A program made the position numbers and the translations under genes. 64,000 bases of DNA from Candidatus Wirthbacteria bacterium. Lineage in GTDB: Bacteria; Patescibacteriota; CG2-30-54-11. The DNA is taken from NCBI GenBank assembly GCA_903889905.1, contig CAISZI010000042.1, positions 6,000-69,999 of the forward strand. Direction: 5' to 3'. Every line of letters starts with the position of its first letter. Position 1 is the first letter of the stretch. The notes beneath the pieces were generated by a model that worked only from the letters and a program-made list of their open reading frames with translations, made no database searches and was not told the origin of the DNA. Shown in pieces: positions 29,050-39,414 of the stretch.

Positions 29050-29706
29050 CTAAAAATGAATCGGTTTACGGCCGACACGGAGGCGCTCGGCTTCGATGAT
29101 ATAACGCAGTTTCTCCGCAGCCAGGAATGCTTCCTCGTTGCTGTTGAGGATGAGGTAATCATAATATGGCAATTTGGTCATTTCGGTCTGGGCGATGGCA
29201 ACGCGTTTGTGCTGGCGTTCGGGTGACAAATCACCCCGTTGTTTGAGTCTTTTCTCCAGTTCTGCCTGGGATTCGGTGGTCAAAAAAACGAAAACCGCCT
29301 GCGGCATCATTTCTTTGAGCTTGGCAGCGCCCTGGGTTTCAATTTTGAGCACCACGTCACGGCCCGAATTGAGCGCCTTTTCCACTTGTTTTTTGGGTGT
29401 ACCATAGCGGTAATCAAAAAACTGCACCCACTCCAGAAAATCGTCACTCGCAATCAACTGGTCGAATTCAGCATCGCTGACAAAATGGTAATGTTCCCAG
29501 TCTATTTCATCACTGCGCTTGGGACGAGTGGTCACGGTCACGACATAGTGGAGATTGGTATAGGTTTTTTTTAGAATTCGCACCATCGTATCCTTGCCGG
29601 CTCCGCCAGGACCGGAAAGCACCACCAGGGCGCCCTGGGGACATTGATACTGATCGATGATCTGCCAGGCTGGTTCACGCATAATAGACAATCTAACTCC
29701 TTGCAA
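29050..29706 (-). CDS. gmk: Guanylate kinase.
   Basis: 218 aa. It has the P-loop GPGGAGKDT, VTVTTRPKRSDE and the guanylate kinase signature. Confidence 0.9.
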   Translation of the reverse strand: MQGVRLSIMREPAWQIIDQYQCPQGALVVLSGPGGAGKDTMVRILKKTYTNLHYVVTVTTRPKRSDEIDWEHYHFVSDAEFDQLIASDDFLEWVQFFDYRYGTPKKQVEKALNSGRDVVLKIETQGAAKLKEMMPQAVFVFLTTESQAELEKRLKQRGDLSPERQHKRVAIAQTEMTKLPYYDYLILNSNEEAFLAAEKLRYIIEAERLRVGRKPIHF

Positions 29707-30192
29707 CTAAGGCTTGAGCAATGTTTTATGACTTTGAATAAAGTAATTATAGGCTAAAACCAGGATGCCGCCAACCAGGGCAGCGTCCGCTAAATTGAAC
29801 ACCGGCAACACACTGATGGCGATATAATCATAAACCGCATGATGCAGCAAACGGTCAATCAGATTACCGACAATTCCCCCCAGTACCAAGCCCAGCGCCA
29901 ACCGCATCACACGCTGCTCAAACACTTTCGGTTCGCGCCAAAACCATGCTCCCAGTAAAATCATCACGAACACGCCAAAAAATATATAGAAAGCATTACC
30001 ACCCAATTGCAATCCCAGCGCGGCGCCAGAATTAGTTGTAAAAGCGATTTTAATCCAGTTAATCGGCCCCAGCTCATGGTCGCCATTGCGCATATAAAAA
30101 AACACAGATTGTTTGGTAAACTGGTCTAAAAACAAAACCAGCAGGGCGACAATGCTGGTTTGCAAAAACTGCTCAACTTTGCTGACGTTCAA
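29707..30192 (-). CDS. lspA: Lipoprotein signal peptidase (signal peptidase II).
   Basis: 161 aa with 4 TM. It has the conserved NSGAALG and FNLADAAL motifs. Confidence 0.88.
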   Translation of the reverse strand: MNVSKVEQFLQTSIVALLVLFLDQFTKQSVFFYMRNGDHELGPINWIKIAFTTNSGAALGLQLGGNAFYIFFGVFVMILLGAWFWREPKVFEQRVMRLALGLVLGGIVGNLIDRLLHHAVYDYIAISVLPVFNLADAALVGGILVLAYNYFIQSHKTLLKP

Positions 30193-30554
30193 CCATTCTC
30201 CTCAAGTTTACGTTTACAATTGATACAAAAACGTGCTGTGGGATTGATGTCAAGCCGTGCCGGGCTGATGGCGGCCTGGCAGGAATCACAAATGCCATAA
30301 CTGCCGGCATCACACTTGGACAGGGCTAGATCAATTTCCTTGAGGTAGTCCTGCAAACTGCCCGTCTGGGCAAAATTGATCTCCAGGAATGCCACCCGCT
30401 CCGCTTCATCATCCTGACCATGTGTTGGTGGCGGCGAGAAGCCAAGATCACCATCGTCGGCAGGATGTAAATCCTGCTTTTGCAGGAGTTTCACTGTCGC
30501 GCTACGTTCAACCATAAGGCGCTGCCTGATGATGGAAAGCGGCTGATTTTCCAT
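30189..30554 (-). CDS. DksA/TraR-family C4 zinc-finger protein (general stress protein 16O-like).
   Basis: 121 aa. The C-terminal CDSC...x17...CINC four-Cys finger is typical of DksA/TraR/YteA. Confidence 0.7.
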   Translation of the reverse strand: MENQPLSIIRQRLMVERSATVKLLQKQDLHPADDGDLGFSPPPTHGQDDEAERVAFLEINFAQTGSLQDYLKEIDLALSKCDAGSYGICDSCQAAISPARLDINPTARFCINCKRKLEENG

Positions 30555-30597
30555 AGCGCACCTGGATCAATAAATATAGGCAGAATTTAACAGAAAA

Positions 30598-31329
30598 TCA
30601 CGCTGGACGCAAAGATTTATGGACGCGGCCGATGCGGAACAAATCCTTCCACACCAGGACAGCATTGGCCATGGACGGCACAATGCGCGAATCCAGAGAA
30701 TTTTCCCAGTGAATCGGAATTTCCACCAAACCCAGTCCGGCCTGGCGGGCAATATAGAGCAGCTCAACATCAAACACGATACTGTTAAGAACCTGCTGGT
30801 TAAAAATCGTCTCAGCTGCGTGTGCCGTAAACAGTTTAAAGCCACACTGGCTGTCATGTATCTGGGGCAGGTAAAGTCGTTTGACCATGAAATTGAACAA
30901 CTTGCCGGCGACTTCGCGATAAAACGGCTGGTGCACCGTGATTTCACTCATTTTGAGCGCTCGTGAGCCCACCGCGACTTGTTCACCCGACACCAGTCCG
31001 GCAAATAGTTTTTCCACTTCCGTAATTGGTGTGGAGAGATCCGCGTCGGTAAACAATCGGAATTCACCTGCCGCGCGCAACATACCCTGGCGCACAACCG
31101 CACCCTTGCCCTGGTTGATTTTATTTTCCAGCAAACGCAATTGCGGGAACTGGTCAAGCTTGGCTTTCACGATCGCGCAAGTAGTGTCACTGGAACCATC
31201 ATCGACCACAATCACTTCGGCACTGTATGTCTGCGACTGCAGATAAGTCTGAATTTGCTCCAGGGTTTTGGGCAGCCGTGTCGCTTCATTGAACGTTGGG
31301 ATAACGATGGAAAGGTAGGGTTTGGGCAT
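30598..31329 (-). CDS. GT2-family glycosyltransferase (dolichyl/polyprenyl-phosphate sugar synthase-like).
   Basis: The start is set at MPKPYLSIVIPTFNE (31329), which avoids an overlap with the upstream gene. It has the DDGSSD and FTDADLS (DXD) motifs. Confidence 0.8.
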   Translation of the reverse strand: MPKPYLSIVIPTFNEATRLPKTLEQIQTYLQSQTYSAEVIVVDDGSSDTTCAIVKAKLDQFPQLRLLENKINQGKGAVVRQGMLRAAGEFRLFTDADLSTPITEVEKLFAGLVSGEQVAVGSRALKMSEITVHQPFYREVAGKLFNFMVKRLYLPQIHDSQCGFKLFTAHAAETIFNQQVLNSIVFDVELLYIARQAGLGLVEIPIHWENSLDSRIVPSMANAVLVWKDLFRIGRVHKSLRPA

Positions 31330-31343
31330 GATTCGAGCTTTAA

Positions 31344-33347
31344 TTAGTTGGCCTGTAATATGATGAGCTGATCCTGGCTGAGCACGCCATCCATTGTCCA
31401 ACGACTCCCCTGCTTTTGCAAGGCCAAAAGACTTTGATTCGTCCAAACAGTGGCTTCCCCTGCTGTCAAATCAAAGTGAAAAGCATCACCCAGGATGGCT
31501 GGCTGATTGGGAATTGTTGGCGTACCCGCCTGTTTTTGAACCAGCAATTGATAGCCGCCAGTTGCGCTGACGGTAAAAGGCAGTTCATACTGCAGCGTGA
31601 CTTTCTGGGAGGACTTGACCGGGACTTTGACCACACCGCCGAACACGGTCTTTTCATTGGGCGTATCGGCAAGTTCGCTAAAAGTGGTCGGAGTGTCGCT
31701 ATAGCCGGTGGCTTTGACCAGTTGACTGCCTTTGGGCGTATAGACGCGCAGGTAAGTGGTGTAGGCACCACCGGGCCAGCCCCAGGTACTTTGATTATTG
31801 TAATTCAAAGTCAGCGTTGCCTGCAGTTTGGCATTCACTTCATTCACACTGTAACTGATAGTTTTGTCCACGAAAAAGTTGGCTTTATCAATGCCCAGAT
31901 TGGCATCCACGACCATCAGGTAGTCCTGCGGCGTAGGTTTGATGGCACCACACCAGTCGCGCGCACAATAATAAGCCTGCACGTCGGCGTTATTGGAAAA
32001 AAGTTGCAAATGCTTGGTATCGAGGTTGTCAAACACCAGCTTTACGACACTTTTGAGGCCATCGCCCTTGAGGGCATAAACACGATCCATGACGATTTTG
32101 CCCAAGACGCCGACAAAATCCTTGCGCGTCGACATGGTGGTGATGTTGTGCTCGACCTGGTACTGGATCTGGTAGACGACATTGGTGGAGTCAATCGTCA
32201 CATCATAGTCAGGTACTTTGATCGGCCCCACAAGCCGCACCAGATCTTCGATCACGCGTGGATCAACATAAATGATGCCATCCACTTTTTGTTTGGATTC
32301 AAACGTAAACATGTCGGAGATCAATTTGCTTGAAGTCGGAATATCCGGCCACCAGTTGGCGTCGCGCAAATGCAGATAAGGCGTGGACAGGAATTTAGCA
32401 ATGGGTTGAGGCGCGCGGTAACCGTATTTGTAGGCTTTGGGATCGTTGTCGATGGAATAGATGTCGTGGACAACCAGTGCACCAATTTTGCCATTTTCAA
32501 TCGTCAGCAGGCCATAATTCCCCCAAAACCCGCCCGCCGGGCGCAATTCGGTATTGTTTTGCACTACCAGCAGGTAAGTTTGCTGGGTATCTTTGGCAAA
32601 CAGGGTTGGGACAATTTTAAACAGGTCAGCTGCCTGCAGCAGATCGGCATTGATTTTCGTCAATTTTTCATCAAAGGTTACCAGCGCCGTGTGCAAAGAA
32701 CCCATCACTTTTTGGCTTTCCAGATCCTGAAGCTGCAGCTGTGCCGCTTTAAAACTGGTTTGCGTATCCGTTATGGCTGTCTGAACGCCGTCCAGTTGGG
32801 ACATCAAATGCTCACCAAAATTGCCGATACCAACCGAATCCGGACTGAGCTGCCCACTCTCGACGGTACCATTGGTGACGACACTAAGGTCACCAAATGC
32901 TGGTTCAATAGCGTCCAGTAAATGGTTTGTACTGATCAAGACAGACTGGGAAGTCGCAATCAGCTTGTCCGCCACGGCAAAATTTTCCTTCTCACCGGGA
33001 AAATCGCTCAACCAGCGCAACTGCTGCAAAGGCTGATTCACGCGCTGCAACTGCGACTGCAACCGTGTCACGAGCGAACGAATGCTGGCAAAATCCGCCG
33101 ACGACAGTGAAAAGGTCATGCCGCTCATATCAGCCTTGAGCGCATTGGCCTGTACCTGCAAATCGAGTGCCGGTGTAATTACCTGCAGCCAAAGGACAAT
33201 GCCGGACAAAGTCAGCAATAAAACGCCACCCAGCGCGGCAAGGCTGATTTTGGCCAGACGACGCCGTATCCGTTTCGCCGCGGGATTTTGCGGCCGGGTA
33301 AATTCAACTTCTCTAAAAACAATGGTGCGAGGGTTACGAATGGCCAT
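31344..33347 (-). CDS. Membrane-anchored extracytoplasmic protein, DUF4012-like.
   Basis: 667 aa. A single N-terminal TM is followed by a large exported domain containing a NNTELRPAGGFWGNYG motif. I recall this as characteristic of DUF4012 proteins found in cell-envelope glycan loci. This is a call from memory. Confidence 0.5.
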   Translation of the reverse strand: MAIRNPRTIVFREVEFTRPQNPAAKRIRRRLAKISLAALGGVLLLTLSGIVLWLQVITPALDLQVQANALKADMSGMTFSLSSADFASIRSLVTRLQSQLQRVNQPLQQLRWLSDFPGEKENFAVADKLIATSQSVLISTNHLLDAIEPAFGDLSVVTNGTVESGQLSPDSVGIGNFGEHLMSQLDGVQTAITDTQTSFKAAQLQLQDLESQKVMGSLHTALVTFDEKLTKINADLLQAADLFKIVPTLFAKDTQQTYLLVVQNNTELRPAGGFWGNYGLLTIENGKIGALVVHDIYSIDNDPKAYKYGYRAPQPIAKFLSTPYLHLRDANWWPDIPTSSKLISDMFTFESKQKVDGIIYVDPRVIEDLVRLVGPIKVPDYDVTIDSTNVVYQIQYQVEHNITTMSTRKDFVGVLGKIVMDRVYALKGDGLKSVVKLVFDNLDTKHLQLFSNNADVQAYYCARDWCGAIKPTPQDYLMVVDANLGIDKANFFVDKTISYSVNEVNAKLQATLTLNYNNQSTWGWPGGAYTTYLRVYTPKGSQLVKATGYSDTPTTFSELADTPNEKTVFGGVVKVPVKSSQKVTLQYELPFTVSATGGYQLLVQKQAGTPTIPNQPAILGDAFHFDLTAGEATVWTNQSLLALQKQGSRWTMDGVLSQDQLIILQAN

Positions 33348-33352
33348 AATAA

Positions 33353-34264
33353 TCAGTTTACCGTTGATTTAACAGACGATGGCTGCGCTTTAACAAAAGG
33401 CAAACGCCGGCGCAGCATTTCGCTCATGAAATGCAACCAGACACCAAAACGAATCAATAAATTGGCAATGGAATAATTGTGGCCGGCGAAATATTTGTCA
33501 TAAAAAAGCGTCATGGCGTGGTGGAATTCCTTGACCATGAGCGGCGGCTGGCGGCGATTGCTGCTGGCACCCTTGTAATGGATGATCGAAACATCCGGGT
33601 GATACACAATTTTGAAACCGGCCTGTCGAATACGATAACACCAGTCGAGGTCTTCGCCATACATAAAAAACTGCTCGTCCAGCATGCCAACCTCAAGCAA
33701 AACTTCGCGTGGTAAAAACATAAAGGCGCCAACAATCGCATCGACATCATACGTTTTATTCTCATCGAGGTAGGTCAAATTATACCGGGCAAAAAAACGG
33801 CTTTTGGGAAAAAGTCGTGAAAAACCCGTAATTTTCCAAAATGCCACCCAGGGAGTCGGAAAAGACCGGCGGCAAGCCAGGTCAAGGGTTCCGTCTTGGA
33901 GTAAAACTTTGCATGTAAGCGCACCAATTCCCGGATTGAGTCCCAGGTATCGGATACAGCTGCCAAAAACCCCTTGCTTCACCACCGTGTCAGAATTAAG
34001 CAGCAGGACAAAGTCGCCGCCAACCTGCCTGAGGGCCTGATTATTGGCCTTGGCAAAACCGACATTGACGCGATTGGCAATCAGTTTCACCTGGGGAAAA
34101 TCCCTCTGCACCATGGCCACACTCTCGTCCAGCGACGCATTGTCCACCACAAACACTTCCAGTTTGAGCGGTGAACCCTCGGCAAAGACGGAACGCAAAC
34201 AATCCTGCAGGATTTTACAGGTATTGTAGCTGACAATGACGATCGATAATTGGGTCTGGGGCAT
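33353..34264 (-). CDS. GT2-family glycosyltransferase (rhamnosyltransferase/WbbL-like).
   Basis: MPQTQLSIVIVSYNT at the start, with VDNASLDES and LLNSDTVV (DXD-type). An alternative upstream start lies at 34318. Confidence 0.8.
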   Translation of the reverse strand: MPQTQLSIVIVSYNTCKILQDCLRSVFAEGSPLKLEVFVVDNASLDESVAMVQRDFPQVKLIANRVNVGFAKANNQALRQVGGDFVLLLNSDTVVKQGVFGSCIRYLGLNPGIGALTCKVLLQDGTLDLACRRSFPTPWVAFWKITGFSRLFPKSRFFARYNLTYLDENKTYDVDAIVGAFMFLPREVLLEVGMLDEQFFMYGEDLDWCYRIRQAGFKIVYHPDVSIIHYKGASSNRRQPPLMVKEFHHAMTLFYDKYFAGHNYSIANLLIRFGVWLHFMSEMLRRRLPFVKAQPSSVKSTVN

Positions 34265-34298
34265 CTTTGTTTTTAAAATTTGTTTACGAATAAACCCG

Positions 34299-35657
34299 CT
34301 AAACCGAACAGCATTCATGGTAATAATTCAAAATCGCCTTGGCGATCTTTTTGGGATCGTGGTAAAGACTGCCACTTTTGCCTTCTTTGCCGCCCACGGT
34401 GGCTTCCAGGAATTCCCCTTCGACGATTTTATAACCCATTGCTTTGGCCATGGCGACATCATATTGGACGAAAGAATAGCCATCGTATTCGGGGGTGGCC
34501 GGGATCGGCAGGCTCTGATCTTTGTTGACAAAAATGTAGTCAAAACACTGCTCCGCGCCGTGACGTTTGAACGCTTCAATAAAATCGGCAAGTTCAAAAC
34601 CACGTGTTTCGTAGGGCTTGTTGGCAACGTTCAGCACATACGCCTTAAAGGCCTGACTGTGTTTGATTTCAGCCACCACTTCCGGAAAAATGAGTGACGC
34701 CAAAATCGTGGTATACAAATCACCCGGCCCCAGGATGATCACATCGGCCTTACGAATTGCTTCCAGGACGCGCGGATTGGCGGGGACGTCTTTGGGTTCG
34801 CACCAGATTTTTTCCAGCACTTTGCCACCTTCGTACTTGCCCAGGTCAATATTTTCCTCACCACTCACCTCAACCCCATCGCGTGTACTTGCATGCAAAA
34901 AAACATTTTCGAGTGTTACCGGTAAAACTTCACCACGCACCGCAAAAATCCGGCTTGCTGCAGCAATGGCCGTGTTCAAATCGCCCGTAATATCTGCCAG
35001 CGCGGCAAATAGCAGATTACCCACTTTATGCCCGCCCAGGTCATTATCAGAGCCGTAACGGTCACCTTTGAAACGGTACACGAGCAGTTCCTTCATCAGC
35101 TCTTCCATATCCGACAGAGCCACGATGTTGGAAACGATGTCACCCAGCGGCGGGATCCCCAGGCTGCGCCGGAGTCGACCGGCACTTCCGCCATCGTCTG
35201 TCATGTGCACCACAACAGAAATACGGCCAGCGTGTTCTTTGAGCCCACGCACCAACTGCGCCGTACCAATGCCGCCACCGATCACCACGATGCGCGGCCC
35301 CTGAACTCGTTTTTGGTAACTTTGCAATTGGTCGGCAAGATTGCCATCGGTTTGGCGAAACGGCGCCAGCACGTGCATCAGCACTTCCTGCAACGACCAC
35401 AGCACAATGCCCAAACCCACTGCTGTCAGGATGACAAAACGCCAGACATGCGGCACAAATTGCAGAGTAACAAAATAAATCAGATGCTGAAACTGGCCAT
35501 TGAAATAGACATGGCGATAGATCCAGACCAGGAGATAGGCAAAACCGATCGCCAGGATGGTCACGCCAAGCCCAACAACCAACAGCAGGTTTTTGAATTT
35601 CCAAACCAGACGCAGTGAATTTCTGATCCGTGCCGTCAAGTAATTATGCCCCGTCAA
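34299..35657 (-). CDS. YvcK/CofD-family (UPF0052, gluconeogenesis-factor-like) protein with an N-terminal membrane anchor.
   Basis: 452 aa. It has two N-terminal TM helices and then the IVVIGGGIGTAQLVRGL ... HMTDDGGSAGRLR ... GIPPLGDI motifs diagnostic of the YvcK/CofD fold. Confidence 0.75.
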   Translation of the reverse strand: MTGHNYLTARIRNSLRLVWKFKNLLLVVGLGVTILAIGFAYLLVWIYRHVYFNGQFQHLIYFVTLQFVPHVWRFVILTAVGLGIVLWSLQEVLMHVLAPFRQTDGNLADQLQSYQKRVQGPRIVVIGGGIGTAQLVRGLKEHAGRISVVVHMTDDGGSAGRLRRSLGIPPLGDIVSNIVALSDMEELMKELLVYRFKGDRYGSDNDLGGHKVGNLLFAALADITGDLNTAIAAASRIFAVRGEVLPVTLENVFLHASTRDGVEVSGEENIDLGKYEGGKVLEKIWCEPKDVPANPRVLEAIRKADVIILGPGDLYTTILASLIFPEVVAEIKHSQAFKAYVLNVANKPYETRGFELADFIEAFKRHGAEQCFDYIFVNKDQSLPIPATPEYDGYSFVQYDVAMAKAMGYKIVEGEFLEATVGGKEGKSGSLYHDPKKIAKAILNYYHECCSV

Positions 35658-35723
35658 AAACGAAGTTCAAAGTAGAGAGATTGTAACAAAGCTGGCAGCT
35701 AAACACAAAAAGACATCGATAGC

Positions 35724-35759
35724 AAAAAAGAATGCTTACCCGCGGCTAACATTCTTTTT
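35724..35759 (-). terminator. Weak AT-rich hairpin plus T-run after gtrA.
   Basis: aaaaaagaatg ... cattcttttt forms an 11-bp AT-rich stem with a 15-nt loop, flanked by an A-run and a T-run. It could terminate in either direction. Confidence 0.3.
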
Positions 35760-35780
35760 GGCTTAAGAAAAAGCAGCAAC

Positions 35781-36179
35781 TTAGGCTGACTTAACCCGGT
35801 CAAAGACAAAAATTCTCAGTAACGTATAGGAAACCAGCGCCAGTGGGAAAACGAGGATAAATTGCGAGAGATAGGCATTTGGAATCCAATGGTGTATGAG
35901 CCTGAGGCAAATAATGTCGATCACATAATAAACTGCATAAACGCCAAAAAAACGGAGGATCAGACGATTGCTTTGGTTTTTGAACACCAGGGCACCAGTT
36001 GTTTTGAAATTAAACATCACCCCAATGATGGTTGAGAACAACACAGCCAGGAAATCAGGCAAGCCCAAACGTGTAAATAACGCATACATGACATAGCCAA
36101 ATGCTGTGTTCAGGAGGCCCACGAACAAAAACTTCACAAAACGAAGACGAAAAAACCGCACAAGCTTGTCTCTAGTCAA
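35781..36179 (-). CDS. gtrA: GtrA-family membrane protein (polyprenyl-phosphate-sugar flippase accessory).
   Basis: 132 aa with 4 TM. It has a GtrA-like N-terminus (FVKFLFVGLLNTAFGYVMYALF) and overlaps the upstream GtrB-like GT2 by 8 nt. Confidence 0.75.
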   Translation of the reverse strand: MTRDKLVRFFRLRFVKFLFVGLLNTAFGYVMYALFTRLGLPDFLAVLFSTIIGVMFNFKTTGALVFKNQSNRLILRFFGVYAVYYVIDIICLRLIHHWIPNAYLSQFILVFPLALVSYTLLRIFVFDRVKSA

Positions 36180-37122
36180 AATTAATCCTTTCTTTTTCGA
36201 TTACCAGCGGACGCTTGCGCACCTGAAAGTGGATAGCACTGATATATTCGCCGATCAGACCCAGAAACAACAACTGCACGCCAGAAAAGAAAAACAAGGC
36301 GATCACGATCGTCGCAATCCCTGGAGAAGCAAATTTCTGGTAAAAAACCAGATTAAAGAAAAACTGGATTACCGCGTAGGAAAAGCTAAGAAAAGCAATA
36401 ATAACACCAAACAGCATACAAAGCCTCAGCGGTGCATTGGAAACTGAAACGAGACCATTAAGGCCCAAATCCATCATCACCAGCAGGTTGCCCTTGGCTT
36501 TGCCTTTGTCACGGCGCAGGTGGGAGTAATTCAACCCAATCGCATCAAAGCCGCATTGTGCAATCAACCCTCGGGTATAGGGGTAGTAATCGTCAAACTG
36601 GCGCAGGGAATTTAAGACGACCTTGTCCAGCAGCTGAAAATCGCCAACGTCTTTGGGGATTTCCACTTCCGATAGTTTTCCCAACACCCGGTAATAAATC
36701 TTGCGAAGATTCTTGATCAGGAACTTTTCGGCACGCTGCGCACGGATGCCGTAGACAACCTTGTATCCTTCTTCCCATTTCTTCACGAACTCCGGAATAA
36801 TGGCAGGCGGATCTTGCAAATCAGCCGCGATCGTGAAAACCACTGCATCGCCTTGCGCGCTCATGAGGCCATTAAAACCCGAACGGGATGCGCCAAAGTT
36901 ACGGGAATTCAGAATAACTTTGACATGTTTGTCTTTGGCCGCCAGGCCGCGTAATAGCGCGGCGGTATTATCCAGCGAAGCATTGTCACAAAAAATATGT
37001 TCATAGTCGTATTGCGGCAGTTGCTTGTCAAATACCTGTTTGACCGCCGCATAACAATCTGCCACGTTCTCCTGTTCATTGTAAACAGGAGTAATGATGC
37101 TGATCAATCGACGCTGTGCCAT
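36172..37122 (-). CDS. Polyprenyl-phosphate glycosyltransferase, GT2 (GtrB/ArnC-like).
   Basis: 316 aa. It has ISIITPVYNE, a DNASLD motif, DxD-region similarity, and two C-terminal TM helices typical of ArnC/GtrB. Confidence 0.85.
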   Translation of the reverse strand: MAQRRLISIITPVYNEQENVADCYAAVKQVFDKQLPQYDYEHIFCDNASLDNTAALLRGLAAKDKHVKVILNSRNFGASRSGFNGLMSAQGDAVVFTIAADLQDPPAIIPEFVKKWEEGYKVVYGIRAQRAEKFLIKNLRKIYYRVLGKLSEVEIPKDVGDFQLLDKVVLNSLRQFDDYYPYTRGLIAQCGFDAIGLNYSHLRRDKGKAKGNLLVMMDLGLNGLVSVSNAPLRLCMLFGVIIAFLSFSYAVIQFFFNLVFYQKFASPGIATIVIALFFFSGVQLLFLGLIGEYISAIHFQVRKRPLVIEKERINFD

Positions 37123-37131
37123 CCGGTTGCC

Positions 37132-38238
37132 TTAGTATTTAAGTTGAGCGAGCAGCAAATCACAAACAAAATCAATGTCAGCTTTGTCGAGATTCAATGC
37201 TGCTGGCAACGAAATGCCTCTCTTTTCGACACTCAAAGCCACGGGATTAGGGAAACGCTGTTCGTGCACTGGGAACCGGCTCATTTGGGGAAACCCTGGC
37301 CTGGCATGGATATTGTTAGCCTTAAAAGTCTTCAAGATTTCGTCACGATTGGTCGTGATCGAGTCTTCGAGCAGGATGGACGGATAGGTGTAGATACTGC
37401 GATTGCCAGCTTTTTCACGGATCATTTTGATCCCTCGGACATCACCCAGACGCGCTTCGTACCACTTAAAATAGTTACGTTTCATCTCGATCAATTCTTC
37501 AATGCGTTCCACCTGAGAAAGGGCCAGGGCCGCGGTCAGGTTGGCGATGGTGTACTGGTATCCCAAAGAATCAGACCAAAAAATAGCCTGAGAATCGGTG
37601 CGTCCCATGGATGAAAGCAGCTGGGCTTTTTTGAACAGTTCTTCATTGTTGGTCACCAATATACCACCTTCGCCGCTCGCGGCGATCTTGGCGCCCTGAA
37701 AGCTGAAGCAACCAATATCTCCAAACGTCCCGACTTTTTGGCCCTGAAATTCAGCACCCAGCGAAGGCGCAGCATCTTCAATTACTTTTAAATTATGTTC
37801 TCGGGCGATCGCCATAATCTCGTCCATCTGGGCGGGATTTCCAAAAGTGTGCACCAACATGATGGCTTTTGTTTTGGGGGTGATCGCTTTTTTGATGGCT
37901 GCGGGATCAATGCACCAGGAGTCGGGTTCAATGTCCACAAAAACTGGTGTCGCACCGGTATAATCAATCGCATACGACGTGGCTACCCAACTGAAATCGG
38001 TACAAATCACTTCATCCCCAGCCTTCAAGTCAAGCGTGGCGCAGGCTAAATGCAAAGCCAGCGTACAACAATGGGTTGCAATCGCGTATTTCGTGCCAAT
38101 GTAATCACACACGGCTTTTTCCAATTTTTTGGTATGCTGATCATAAGTTTCATAAAAACCATTGATAGTGCCATCAATCACATAATCAATTTCTTTTTGC
38201 GTGATGGAAGGACCGGCGAATGCAATCTTTTTAGCCAT
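37132..38238 (-). CDS. DegT/DnrJ/EryC1/StrS-family sugar aminotransferase (ArnB/PseC-like).
   Basis: 368 aa. The fold type-I PLP motif around FSFQGAKIAASGEGGILV, with the Lys in FSFQGAK, is typical of nucleotide-sugar aminotransferases. Confidence 0.9.
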   Translation of the reverse strand: MAKKIAFAGPSITQKEIDYVIDGTINGFYETYDQHTKKLEKAVCDYIGTKYAIATHCCTLALHLACATLDLKAGDEVICTDFSWVATSYAIDYTGATPVFVDIEPDSWCIDPAAIKKAITPKTKAIMLVHTFGNPAQMDEIMAIAREHNLKVIEDAAPSLGAEFQGQKVGTFGDIGCFSFQGAKIAASGEGGILVTNNEELFKKAQLLSSMGRTDSQAIFWSDSLGYQYTIANLTAALALSQVERIEELIEMKRNYFKWYEARLGDVRGIKMIREKAGNRSIYTYPSILLEDSITTNRDEILKTFKANNIHARPGFPQMSRFPVHEQRFPNPVALSVEKRGISLPAALNLDKADIDFVCDLLLAQLKY

Positions 38239-38247
38239 GATAACCTC

Positions 38248-39414
38248 TTATAATTTAATTTTGCTTAATTTGGCACAAGCCTGGTCAATGACTTTTTCGT
38301 CTTTACCAAAGCAGAATCGCACAAAGTTATCCCCCATGGCATCGTGATAAAAAGCGTTGCCAGGGACAGTCGCGACACCCGTTTGACGCAAGAGATTCAT
38401 GGCTCGGTCTTTCCCGTCTTTTCCCGCAATCTTGCTGACATCTGCCAGGATATAATAGGCGCCCTGCGGAACAAACGGGGTCAAACCAATATCAGTTAAA
38501 GTTGAACAGAGTTGGTCTCTGATCGCCCCAAAGCGGTGACTGATCTGCTGATAATACTCCTCGCTGAGGTGATTGATTCCACTGACGACGCCCATTTGCA
38601 GCGGTGACGGGGCACAGACATAGACCAGATCATTGATAAAACCAATTGTCTCTTTCCACTTTGCATCGCACAAACAATACCCAATGCGCCAGCCCGTGAT
38701 GCTGTAGGCCTTAGAATAGCCGGAAATGGTGATTGTCCTGTCCTGAATGCGAGGATCCGTTGCCGGGCTGATGTGCTTGTGTTTATCATAAACAAAATAC
38801 TCGTAGATTTCATCGGTGAAGATGAACAAATCATGCCGGATACAAAAATCCGCCAGCAAATCCAGTTCCGCCTGACTAAAAACTTTGCCACAGGGATTGG
38901 CAGGGGTGTTGATCATGATGGCTTTGGTATGTGGTGTGATGACTGCTTCCAAAGCTTGAAGGCTGAAAGTCCAGTCTGGCGGATGCATGCGCACGAAGAC
39001 AGGGACAGCCCCGGCCGCCGCAAGGGTATTGATGTGATAGCCATAGTAAGGCTCAAAGATAATAACCTCATCGCCGTCATTGAGGAGCGCCAGACAGGCA
39101 GAATAAAACGCCCCTGTCGCGCCACCCGAGACGATCACATTCTTCTCGGGATCGACTTTGAGGTGGTTAAAACTTTCGCATTTGCGCGCAATGGCTTCGC
39201 GAATTTCAGGCAGCCCATCGTACCGGGTATAAAAATTATACCCAGCTTCGATGGCGTCATGGGCGCCCTTTTTGACAATTTCCGGAACGTCCATGTCACA
39301 GACGCCCTGGGAAAGATTGATCCCTCCCATGGCATCACATTCGATCGACATGTTGCGGATTTCGGATTGCACCAGAAGTTCGGAACGCCTGCTGATCGTC
39401 AGTTTGGAATTAGT
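38248..39414 (-). CDS. Class I/II PLP-dependent aminotransferase (aspartate aminotransferase family).
   Basis: The start is set at MTNSKLTISRR (39414), giving a 4-nt ATGA overlap with the GNAT gene. The SGYSKAYSITGWRIGY PLP-lysine region is present. Confidence 0.8.
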   Translation of the reverse strand, partial: TNSKLTISRRSELLVQSEIRNMSIECDAMGGINLSQGVCDMDVPEIVKKGAHDAIEAGYNFYTRYDGLPEIREAIARKCESFNHLKVDPEKNVIVSGGATGAFYSACLALLNDGDEVIIFEPYYGYHINTLAAAGAVPVFVRMHPPDWTFSLQALEAVITPHTKAIMINTPANPCGKVFSQAELDLLADFCIRHDLFIFTDEIYEYFVYDKHKHISPATDPRIQDRTITISGYSKAYSITGWRIGYCLCDAKWKETIGFINDLVYVCAPSPLQMGVVSGINHLSEEYYQQISHRFGAIRDQLCSTLTDIGLTPFVPQGAYYILADVSKIAGKDGKDRAMNLLRQTGVATVPGNAFYHDAMGDNFVRFCFGKDEKVIDQACAKLSKIKL

